NCBI GenBank assembly: GCA_033762295.1
Contig: JANRLW010000029.1
Span: 1 to 28,272, forward strand
Source of the DNA: Capsulimonadales bacterium
GTDB lineage: Bacteria; Armatimonadota; Armatimonadia; Armatimonadales; Armatimonadaceae
Length of the DNA: 28,272 nt
Reading direction: 5' to 3'
Within the stretch, counting starts at the first letter, position 1. The number at the start of each line of letters is the position of its first letter. A program made the translations under genes and the position numbers. This document shows, in pieces, positions 19,632-28,193 of this stretch. The notes under the pieces are model-generated. The model ran no database searches. It saw only the letters and a program-made list of their open reading frames with translations, and was not told the DNA's origin.

Positions 19632-19701
19632 GTGGGTCATCTCCGGGCGAAAGCACCGCGCAACGCCGCGAGATGCACCAATCATGCCAGGGTCGAAAGG
19701 G

Positions 19702-20616
19702 CTATACCAGGTAACTCTCGACGATATACGGGCGGGCGACACGGCAGAGAATCCAGGCGGCGGGCAGCAGGACGATGCAGACGGCCAGAGCGCCCAGAAG
19801 GATCGTCATCATGCCCGACCCACTGACACCGGGCATCGGCTGGTGTCCGTAGCCATAGGTAAGGAAACGGGTGGCGTCGAAAACATAGGCGAACGGGTTC
19901 CATCGATAGATCTCGGCCATCGGGCTGTCCGGCTGTGGCGGAACGAAGATCGGTGTCAGTCCCATAAACGCCCAGGGGAAAACGCCCATTACGTTATCGA
20001 GGTCGCGTTTCAGGGCGCTCCAGGGAGCGAGCAGTAGCCCGAGAGTGGTGCCCAGCAGGAGAATGACCGTCATTCCGAAAATACCCAGCGGAACCGTCAC
20101 CGACGGGATCGTTTTCCATTGAAGGAAGACCAGGGCCAGGAGGCCGACTTTCATCGCCAGACCGAAGAGGTTTTCGAGGATACCGGCGATGATGAGTCCC
20201 TCGACAGGAGCCTGATGGCGACTGAGCAGGTAACGATGGGTCAGAAAGAGCGTTCGCTGCGTCGCCATCGCCTCCAGAAAGGTCTGTCCCAGAATCAGGC
20301 CGAAGATGGCGTAAACCTGCGGCGCGACAATCCCGTCCCGCAGGATGGTCAGGTCCGCCCGCTTTCCGACCGTGAGCAGGACCGCGGTCAGGGCGGCCGG
20401 TGCGAACGCCCAGAAGATGCCGAGGGCGGAATAGCGATACTTCTGCGCGATGCTCTGCCCGAACAGGCGGAGAGCGGCCTGCCACGAACCGAGAAGGTCG
20501 GAGATCGCCTGACGCAGGAAGGAGCGCGGATAACGGAGGGCGCTGCCTCCGTGATAGATGCGGTGGGCCCCGCCGGCGGAATCGGCGGACGGCGCGGTAT
20601 GCGGCGGCGTGTGCAG
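19702..20616 (-). CDS. wzm: Polysaccharide ABC exporter permease
   Basis: KYRYSALGIFW, RDL, TPIF and WNPF motifs; hydrophobic; adjacent to wzt. The start is uncertain (CTG20616 has the best RBS). Confidence 0.85.
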   Translation of the reverse strand: MHTPPHTAPSADSAGGAHRIYHGGSALRYPRSFLRQAISDLLGSWQAALRLFGQSIAQKYRYSALGIFWAFAPAALTAVLLTVGKRADLTILRDGIVAPQVYAIFGLILGQTFLEAMATQRTLFLTHRYLLSRHQAPVEGLIIAGILENLFGLAMKVGLLALVFLQWKTIPSVTVPLGIFGMTVILLLGTTLGLLLAPWSALKRDLDNVMGVFPWAFMGLTPIFVPPQPDSPMAEIYRWNPFAYVFDATRFLTYGYGHQPMPGVSGSGMMTILLGALAVCIVLLPAAWILCRVARPYIVESYLV

Positions 20617-21255
20617 ACGGGTCTCCTTTATTCGTGGTCCGGACACCGAAACGTGTCCACGGAAGACGACAGCGGAGGAAGTCATCGAACGACAGATATC
20701 TGTAAACAGTGGAAACATTTCCTCTGATCGCTCGGCATTATAGCTCTTCTCCGCGACCTCAGTATACCAGACGTCGCCGAACCGGGGAGAGACGAGAGTG
20801 GCACGGCGGTCCGACCCATGGCGGAAACGAACAGAGAAACCCGACGGATTACCGGTTTTCGGGGGACGATTTCCGGCACTTTTGCGTGCGGAAAGTCCGA
20901 TAGACGGTTCCGGGCGAAAAAAAGATAGGCAAAACTACCCGTTTTCATTCAAACGATTCGATCGGACGCCGTATCCCCGTCGAACGGTCCGTAGGAGTCG
21001 ATCGGATAAGTAAAGGTCCACGTCGTCGACCCGTGCATTCTTCTGTGCTTCCTCCGTGCTTACGGAACATTCCGGCCGTGCGATACGATATCAGCGGAAC
21101 ACGACCGATGAACCCGTCTTCGCCACCCTTTTCGAACAGGCACCCGAGGAGGAAAGCCAACTGTACCGGGACTTTGACTGGGAAGAACACGTAATCTTTC
21201 TGGTGGCCATACTGGCCGGTACGAAGGACCGCCGTAGCCGGATCGCCGCTACGGT

Positions 21256-22596
21256 TCAGAGGCGGACGGTAACGACCGCGCCGGGGGGCAGAGCAACGGC
21301 GGCCGAGCGTGACCCCGCCCGCAGACGGAGCGCGCGTTCCGTTTTCCGGGCGTTACAACCGACCCAGACCACGCTGCCGTCCGGGTTACGAAACGCGGCG
21401 AACGGCAGGTCCGACATCGGTGGCACGACCAGATACCGCGCGCCCGGTCGAACGAACTTGCTCGCATGACCGAACGCGTAGTACTCCTCGCTGCGCGTCA
21501 CCTCCCCGGTCCGTGAGTGGACGGTCACGATCCCACGGCAGTTGGCGCATCCGCCGTTCTGCGGGCCGAACTTTTCATCGAGCGCCAGATTCCATTTCAG
21601 AACCGTCCGCGCGCCGTACCGGGTCGAACCGGCGATCAGGTTCTCCATGTCCCAGCGCATATTCGCGCCGAAATCGGTCGCCCACTCGCCTCCGCTGCTT
21701 TCCGTAAAGTGCATCTCCTGATCCGGATAGGCGGAGCGCACCTTTTCCTGAAGATCGGGCGTCCCACCGTATCCGTGCCAGGCGACCCCGGCGACATACT
21801 TCCGCGCCCCCGCATCGGACAGGACTCCGAGCGGGAAGTCCGCGCCGTCCCAGTTGTGGTCCCAGACGAGAATCTTCGTTTTCAGGCCGGCTTTTTCCAG
21901 CGCGGGGCCGAGATGATCGCGGATAAATCGCGCCTGATCGTGAGGTTCCATCCGCATCGACGGGTATTTATCGGTCTCATGACGCGGTTCGTTTTGAACG
22001 GTCAGGGACCAGATCGGGACGTTTTCCTTTGCGTACGCTTTGACGAAGCGAACCAAGTACTGCGCGAACGCCGGATAGGCGGGCCAGTCCAGCCAGCCGC
22101 CGTGGAGCGAGCGATTGGTCTTCATCCAGGCGGGCGCGGTCCAGGGCGAGACCATGACCTTCAGATCGGGGCGAATCCGTCGAATCTGACGGAGCAGGGG
22201 CAGAATATACTCTTGATCGTGCGCGATCGAGAAGCGGGTCAGTTCCGGGTCGGTGACGCCGGACGGGAGATCGTGACAGGTATACGACCCCTTCACGGTG
22301 AAGTCGCTCGCGCCGATCGGCACGCGCAGCACCGAAAAGCCGATTCCCGCGATCGGGTCGAACAGGTCGCGCAGGAGTGCGTCCCGGCGCGCGGCGGGCA
22401 GTCGGGAGATGACGTAGGCGGATGAATCGGTCAGCGATGCGCCGAACCCGTCCATGGTCTGCCCGAGGCGGGTGTCGTCGATCGTCAACGGATCGCCTGT
22501 GGCGGAAGCGGAATCACGGAGAGGGAGCGGAGCCAGAAGCATCTTGCGGTCCGGCGTCGTCTGCCATGCCTGCGGCGGGTCGAGGTGGGTGTTCAT
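21256..22596 (-). CDS. Glycoside hydrolase family 30 (endo-beta-1,6-glucanase/glucosylceramidase-like)
   Basis: QTMDGFGASLTDS, RVPIGASDF, SPWTAPAWMK, QNEP (acid/base), WDHNWD, FTE (nucleophile), WNLALD, GHASKFVRPGA. Confidence 0.93.
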   Translation of the reverse strand: MNTHLDPPQAWQTTPDRKMLLAPLPLRDSASATGDPLTIDDTRLGQTMDGFGASLTDSSAYVISRLPAARRDALLRDLFDPIAGIGFSVLRVPIGASDFTVKGSYTCHDLPSGVTDPELTRFSIAHDQEYILPLLRQIRRIRPDLKVMVSPWTAPAWMKTNRSLHGGWLDWPAYPAFAQYLVRFVKAYAKENVPIWSLTVQNEPRHETDKYPSMRMEPHDQARFIRDHLGPALEKAGLKTKILVWDHNWDGADFPLGVLSDAGARKYVAGVAWHGYGGTPDLQEKVRSAYPDQEMHFTESSGGEWATDFGANMRWDMENLIAGSTRYGARTVLKWNLALDEKFGPQNGGCANCRGIVTVHSRTGEVTRSEEYYAFGHASKFVRPGARYLVVPPMSDLPFAAFRNPDGSVVWVGCNARKTERALRLRAGSRSAAVALPPGAVVTVRL

Positions 22597-23075
22597 ACGG
22601 AACAATTATAGTCGGTTTTTCGCGCGGTCGTCCGATCATCGGTTTTTTCACTGCCCGGCTGTGAAGTTTCCGCCTTTCTCTTTGAAAGAATCGCCCTTAC
22701 AGTAAGTTCGTAAGCCTCGACAAAGGCGCGAATCTTCGAAAAAGGATAAGGGTTATGGGTACAAGGAATCAAACCAAACTGTCGGACTGGCGGGGAGTGT
22801 TCGCGGTAGTTGTCTTCGCGCTCCTTCTGATTTCCTTCGGCTGAAGCGGGAAATCGGAAAGCCCGGCGCGGGCCGCGTTGGCCGCCACGACGGCGGGCGA
22901 AACCGCAACCTGCGTCCTGCGTGGACTTGGCAAGATTCAAAGAACGAACCATGCCCTTAACGTTCAAATCTTCGTGGGCAATCAGCCCGTAAGGCGACCC
23001 AATTGACCAAGGCAGTTGGTACGATAGATGAAAAACTCTCCTCCGGTTCCGGAGGAGAGTTTTTCATCAACAGGC

Positions 23076-23795
23076 TTACGAGCCAGGAAGTACCCGGTTG
23101 AAGTTCCGTTTGTCCCCCAGGTGTTCGGTAAGCGAAGTAACCTTTGTCGGCAGACCAGTTTCACCCCGGAATCCCAGTGTCCATTCGTTGCGACCCGTTT
23201 GGTAGTAGATAACATCCCGGACAGGAATTTTTTCAACCGTTCCATCTGACCAGAGAACAACGTAGCACCCCTTCGGGCTATATTCGGAATGCCGGTCTCG
23301 AAAGACGGTCTGGTTCATACGAGCATACGTGTCGCAAATCATCCAGACATCGCGTTCTCCCGGTTTTGGGGTCGCCGGATACGCTTGTCCGTTGGGTCGC
23401 TCTGCCGGATACTGCCAGATGTACTCCGCCGTAGTATCCGAAAAGGCCGCGTGGATATCGCTTCGACCAAAATCCGGCGTGTGGAAGGCATCGCGGGGCA
23501 ACTCCTTCATCAGTTCGCCTGCCCCCGGTAGTTTTCCGTGTTCCCTCCGATAACGTTCCATGACCGCATATATTTGACGGAAGTCCTTTACCGCTTCCTC
23601 CGGGTTCCCGAGGACATCTCCTGCCGGATTGACTTTTAACCCGTACCACGGAATGAGTTTGCCATTGAAGTAGATAGGAAAGGTTACCTTCCGTATCCAC
23701 CATCCAACAAGCAACGAAGCAATGAAGAAAGTAGTAAGGGAAAACACCACCACCTTGCGCCGGTCAGGCTTTAAGGACGACTGCATGTGCCACAC
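23076..23795 (-). CDS. Membrane-anchored hypothetical protein, pseudopilin/DUF1559-like without a prepilin site
   Basis: One N-terminal TM helix; FRQIYAVMERYRREHGKLP helix; RH...VVLWSDGTV motif; lower GC than neighbouring genes. Confidence 0.65.
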   Translation of the reverse strand: MWHMQSSLKPDRRKVVVFSLTTFFIASLLVGWWIRKVTFPIYFNGKLIPWYGLKVNPAGDVLGNPEEAVKDFRQIYAVMERYRREHGKLPGAGELMKELPRDAFHTPDFGRSDIHAAFSDTTAEYIWQYPAERPNGQAYPATPKPGERDVWMICDTYARMNQTVFRDRHSEYSPKGCYVVLWSDGTVEKIPVRDVIYYQTGRNEWTLGFRGETGLPTKVTSLTEHLGDKRNFNRVLPGS

Positions 23796-24210
23796 TCCGT
23801 TTTACCAGATGACGGGGGAGTAGACGGTGTACATGGCCCTTCCCCGGTCCACGCCGTTGATATTAATCTGTAACAGTGGCGTGCCGGATCCGGGATATAG
23901 TAAAATGTCCCTGGGGTTTGCGCCAATACATTATACCATCAAACAAGTTACTTGACATATCCGCTACAGGGAATTCCATTTTATTGCGAAGCTTTTTTGA
24001 ATTGGTAGCCCCCCGTCCCAATTAATGGCTTACTGTACGACAGTTTTGAAAGGTGTGTCCTCTACCGAGATCGTTTCAACGCCTTCCTGACACGTAGCCA
24101 TTCGAGATCCGAGCGATAATCCCTTTCTCGGAAGGGTTCGTCCGAGGCATCGTAACGTTCTACAGGTTAGCCTAATAGACGAATTAAATTGGTGGGCCAA
24201 AATAGAATAT

Positions 24211-24480
24211 TCAATACGACCAAAAGCGGTGGCGGAAACGCATAGGGACATCTTTACCGAATACCCTTTCTATCTCTACGCTAACAATCTTAATAGTTTC
24301 TTCGACCCATTGTATGTCATTGTGTTCATCGGATAAATAGACAAAACCGGACGAATACGTGGTGCCAAAACGAAATTCAAAGTGTGTCGGATGGAGATTT
24401 CGCAAGGATAAATACCCTAGAAGTTCTTCAAACTGTCCTAAGGGGAATATCCAATTTGTGCGTAAAACATATATTTGTCC
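24211..24480 (-). other. AT-rich small open frame, possibly a foreign gene remnant
   Basis: Stop-free frame GQIYVLRTNWIFPLGQFEELLGYLSLRNLHPTHFEF...RHRFWSY* with no convincing start at its 5' end. Confidence 0.3.
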
Positions 24481-24519
24481 TCATTCTAGCACCTCGGCAA
24501 TCATCGGCGTCGGACCGTC

Positions 24520-24788
24520 GCACCCTCACCGACGCGCCGACGACCGTTTCGCTGACCGTTCGCTTCGACGCGGAGGGAAGGATGGAGACGATCCGTGCCG
24601 ACGGTCGCCCAAGAACGGTCGGCAAAGAGACCGTGATGACACCCTGGGAAGGGCAATTCCGGGATTATCAGGAGCGGGAGGGAATACGAATCCCGATCTG
24701 CGGCGAGGTCGCCTGGGTGTTACCGTCGGGACGGCTACCTTACTGGCGCGGAGAACTGACGCACCTGCGGTACGAGGTCGGGACCTGA
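24520..24788 (+). pseudogene. 5'-truncated DUF6544/DUF6920-like gene (C-terminal fragment)
   Basis: VSLTVRFDAEGRMETIRADGRPR...TPWEGQFRDY...GIRIP..GEVAW.LPSGRLPYWRG. Upstream sequence switches abruptly to AT-rich DNA. Confidence 0.65.
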
Positions 24789-24795
24789 CATTGAC

Positions 24796-24862
24796 CGGGC
24801 CGGGAGTAAATCACTCCCGGCCCGGAGTACGTTATTTATCGTCCGGCGCAGCCACGCCCGGA
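24796..24862. repeat. 67-bp direct repeat, copy 1 (duplicate of the pgk 3' end plus hairpin)
   Basis: Matches 26952-27018 except G24845 versus A27001; contains the hairpin CGGGCCGGGAGT-AAATC-ACTCCCGGCCCG. Confidence 0.97.
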
Positions 24863-25296
24863 CCGGCGGCCTGGAAAAAACGATCGACTGCCGCCTGGTC
24901 CGCCTGGAAGAGCTCGATCACTTTTTTTCGACCCGCGACAAAACGGAAAAGGATCGCTTCATCCCAGGTCAGTTCGTTTGCGCCGATACGGGCGGTATTG
25001 CGCGTTTCCAGCAACACATCGTCGCCACAAACAAGCCAGTTCATCTGAGTGATGGCGTAGGTTCCGCCGGTGAGTTCCATCAGGCGACCAAAGTAACCCA
25101 TGACGGCTTCGGCCCCCGCGTAGTCGCCGGACAGAGGATTGTTGCCGGGCACAACATAACGAACGTCCGCGTCAAAGATCGTGGCCGCCTCCGCGAATCG
25201 GCCCTCGGCCATCGCTTTCTGGTAATCCCGGATCTTTCGGACGTTGGGTTCATTCACGGCTCCCGTTTCGATCGGGAGGATGGATGTATCGCTCAT
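24832..25296 (-). CDS. SnoaL-like / NTF2-family protein
   Basis: FDADVRYVVPGNNPLSGDYAGAEAVMGYF...DQAAVDRFF. The last 9 residues (PGVAAPDDK) and the stop lie in the pgk-derived repeat. Alternative start GTG25323. Confidence 0.85.
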   Translation of the reverse strand: MSDTSILPIETGAVNEPNVRKIRDYQKAMAEGRFAEAATIFDADVRYVVPGNNPLSGDYAGAEAVMGYFGRLMELTGGTYAITQMNWLVCGDDVLLETRNTARIGANELTWDEAILFRFVAGRKKVIELFQADQAAVDRFFQAAGPGVAAPDDK

Positions 25297-25326
25297 TCTT
25301 TTTTCTTCTTTCGCGTCGGTCACGTG

Positions 25327-25863
25327 TCAGAACAGGTTGATCGTTTTGGCGGCGGGATATTTTGCCGTCACCATCTCGGTCAGAGCGGTGAACCGCTCGA
25401 CGTCGACAATAGCAAAGGACAGCGCCTGGTCGGAGGGCGGCAGGGTGCGTTCCGTCGCCGGAACCGACAGGGCGATGATCTGTTGCTCAAAGCCTGCCGG
25501 AACATAGGTATTGAGGAGTCGGGCTGTTGGAGAATCAATCCGAAACGAGTGAATCGTTCCGCGAGGAATCGCGACAAACGAACCCGGCGTCGCTTTTATG
25601 GGACGTTTCTCCGATCCCACAAAGAAAGTCGCCTCGCCCTCGATCAGGTAGAACGTCTCGTCGGCTGCCTCGTGGATGTGCGGGGGCGCAGCGGGCCCTT
25701 CGGGAATCAACTCTTCGATGCAGGAGTACGCTCCGTTCGTTTGTTCGAACGTCGCCAGCATCAGCCATAAAATACCGCCGGACCAGTAGGCGGGCGCTGT
25801 TTCCCGTCCTTGCAGGAATGGTTCGGAAACGGGTATCAGGTCGGTAGTAAGCGTGTCAGACAT
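25327..25863 (-). CDS. Cupin domain protein (quercetin 2,3-dioxygenase-like)
   Basis: PPHIHEAADETFYLIEGE, PGSFVAIPRGTIHSF, PAGFE; start at ATG25863. Confidence 0.85.
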   Translation of the reverse strand: MSDTLTTDLIPVSEPFLQGRETAPAYWSGGILWLMLATFEQTNGAYSCIEELIPEGPAAPPHIHEAADETFYLIEGEATFFVGSEKRPIKATPGSFVAIPRGTIHSFRIDSPTARLLNTYVPAGFEQQIIALSVPATERTLPPSDQALSFAIVDVERFTALTEMVTAKYPAAKTINLF

Positions 25864-25986
25864 CGAGATCGAGCTCCTGGCTACATGGAAATGCGTTCTT
25901 TTTGTGCGGTCAGGTGAAATATATCGAAAATCGGACGGCGTCTCTGGCACGGAACGCGCGATCTCCGGAACGATTCCCTACCATCG

Positions 25987-26850
25987 CTACCGCCGCTGGC
26001 GGCGACACTGACCGGGCGTCATGCCGAAATGGCGGCGAAAATGACGGGTCAGGTGCGACTGATCGCAAAATCCCGTAAGCGAGGCGATCACCGACAGAGG
26101 TTCCTCGGTACGTAGCAACAGATCGCGGGCGCGCTCCAATCGCAACCGTCGTTGATACGCGGTTAAACTCTCTCCGGTTTCGGCGCGAAAAAGGCGCTCG
26201 AGTTGGGGATAACTCAGGCAGGTAGCGTCCGTCAGGGCGGCGATGGTCGGGTTCCGCCCCAGATCGGAACGCAGGATTTCCTTGGCCCGGCGAACTTCGA
26301 CGCGGCCTCGTTTCCCTTCGGTAGCGGGCGGTGGGGACGTCGCGCTACAGACCTGAACAATACGGACGGCCAGAGCGTTGAGAACACATTCCCGAAAAAG
26401 GTCGCCTTCCGGCGTCTCCGTCAAAACGTCGTCCGCGAGGATAGCCGCCAGTCGAACCAGAGACGGGTCCTGGAACCATCGGGTGGGACGCAGATCGACG
26501 CGGTGATGTCCCATCGCCTGATTCAGACAGGCGGGTCGGAGCATAATATTGAGGGTATCCACCCGGTCCGGGGCCTCGGCGGTCCAGTGCGCGGGATGGC
26601 CTGCCGGGTGCAGAGTGATTTGTCCGGAGGGAATCACGCCCTCCTGAAGCAGAGTCGGCTGCCGATAAATCAGACGCGTGCCGGAGACAAAGGGTATACA
26701 AAGAAGATGCGTGTCAAGACCCGCTGTCCGCAGGTCAAAGTTCCCACCGCGAATCAAGCGGGTGATGGTGTAGTTGGGGGCGGAGAAAGTGAGTTCGGAG
26801 AGGCGGAAACGGTGTCGCTCCCGTTCGACCATCGTCAGATACGTTTCCAT
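25987..26850 (-). CDS. AraC-family transcriptional regulator
   Basis: C-terminal double HTH: RLERARDLL...LSVIASLTGFCDQSHLTRHFRRHFGMTPGQCR. Start at ATG26850 or 26832. Confidence 0.92.
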   Translation of the reverse strand: METYLTMVERERHRFRLSELTFSAPNYTITRLIRGGNFDLRTAGLDTHLLCIPFVSGTRLIYRQPTLLQEGVIPSGQITLHPAGHPAHWTAEAPDRVDTLNIMLRPACLNQAMGHHRVDLRPTRWFQDPSLVRLAAILADDVLTETPEGDLFRECVLNALAVRIVQVCSATSPPPATEGKRGRVEVRRAKEILRSDLGRNPTIAALTDATCLSYPQLERLFRAETGESLTAYQRRLRLERARDLLLRTEEPLSVIASLTGFCDQSHLTRHFRRHFGMTPGQCRRQRR

Positions 26851-26951
26851 CTTCCGTATTATACGGGAAACACGAAACCGGTTACCGGAGATTGGAGCGA
26901 GCGGGGCAAGATTTATCTCACGGTGAAGTTTGGCTACCGTAGCGAGGATTT

Positions 26952-27018
26952 CGGGCCGGGAGTAAATCACTCCCGGCCCGGAGTACGTTATTTATCGTCC
27001 AGCGCAGCCACGCCCGGA
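26952..27018. repeat. 67-bp direct repeat, copy 2 (native pgk 3' end plus hairpin)
   Basis: Offset 2156 bp from copy 1; 66 of 67 bases identical. Confidence 0.97.
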
Positions 27019-28193
27019 AGCGTTTTGCCCTCGAGGAACTCCAGCGACGCGCCGCCGCCGGTGCTGATATGGCTCATCCGGTCGGCGTAGCCCAGCTGCT
27101 CGACCGCCGCCGCCGAGTCGCCGCCGCCGACGATCGTGGTCGCGCCCGCGGCCGTCGCCTCCGCCATCGCTTCCGCGATGCCGTTCGTGCCCGCCGCAAA
27201 GTTGGGAAACTCGAAAACCCCCATCGGACCATTCCAGACGACCGTTTTCGCCTCCTTGATGACCTTCGCGAACGCCGCGACCGAGTCCGGGCCGATATCC
27301 AACCCCTCCTGATCGGCGGGAATCTCCGTCACCTTGACCGTCGTGCGCGGCGCGTCGTTGTTGAAGTCGGTCGCGACGACGCAGTCGACCGGCAATACCA
27401 GTTTGTCATCGCAGAGAAGGCTCTTACAGAATTCCAGAGAATCGGAATCGAGCAGCGACTTGCCGATCTCATGGCCCGCCGCCTTGTAGAAGGTGTACGC
27501 CATCCCGCCGCCGACCAGAAGCGTGTCGACTTTCGGCAGGAGGTTGTCGATGACCGGGATTTTGTCCTTGATCTTTGCGCCGCCGAGAATGGCGACCAGC
27601 GGACGGACCGGGTTTTCGACCGCGTTGCCAAGGAAATTGATCTCCTTTTGCAGGAGATACCCGGCGACGGCCGGTTTGCCCTGAGACTTCATCACCTGCG
27701 CGACCCCTTCGGTCGAGGCGTGCGCGCGATGGGCCGCGCCAAAGGCATCATTGACGTAGAGATCGGCCAGTTCCGCCAGTTTCGCGGAAAGCGCGCCGTC
27801 GTTCGCCTCCTCCGCGTCGGTATAGCGAGTGTTCTCCAGCATCACGACCCTGCCCGGCGCGACGGCGGCTTTCGCTTCCTCGATGCCGAGCGGATCTTCG
27901 GCGGTCGCCGACGCCAGGGTGACGTCCTGTCCGAGCAGTTCGCCCAGACGGCGGGCCGCCGGTTCCACCGAATACTTCGGAGCGATCTTGCCTTTCGGGC
28001 GTCCGAGATGGCTCATCAGGATCACGGCCGCGCCCCGATCCAGCAGATACCGGATCGTCGGCAGGGCCGCGGTGATACGGCGGTCGTCGGTAATCGCTCC
28101 CGCATCATCCTGCGGGACGTTGAAGTCGACCCGCACGAGCGCACGCTTGCCGGAAACATCAATATCTTCGATCGTCTTCTTATTCAAACTCAT
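26988..28193 (-). CDS. pgk: Phosphoglycerate kinase
   Basis: [66 protein letters not shown] 9 nt before ATG28193. Confidence 0.99.
   Translation of the reverse strand: MSLNKKTIEDIDVSGKRALVRVDFNVPQDDAGAITDDRRITAALPTIRYLLDRGAAVILMSHLGRPKGKIAPKYSVEPAARRLGELLGQDVTLASATAEDPLGIEEAKAAVAPGRVVMLENTRYTDAEEANDGALSAKLAELADLYVNDAFGAAHRAHASTEGVAQVMKSQGKPAVAGYLLQKEINFLGNAVENPVRPLVAILGGAKIKDKIPVIDNLLPKVDTLLVGGGMAYTFYKAAGHEIGKSLLDSDSLEFCKSLLCDDKLVLPVDCVVATDFNNDAPRTTVKVTEIPADQEGLDIGPDSVAAFAKVIKEAKTVVWNGPMGVFEFPNFAAGTNGIAEAMAEATAAGATTIVGGGDSAAAVEQLGYADRMSHISTGGGASLEFLEGKTLPGVAALDDK

Noticed and set aside
22835..22930. Cobalamin-riboswitch-like string AAGCGGGAAATCGGAAAGCCCGGCGCGG...CGCCAC
   Set aside because: It lacks the GGTG and ACTG core elements and has no downstream + strand gene. 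An Rfam/Infernal search would settle it.
26851..26970. AraC N-terminal extension to 26970
   Set aside because: It begins inside the repeat hairpin, and a TATAAT at 26858-26863 points to a start at 26850.
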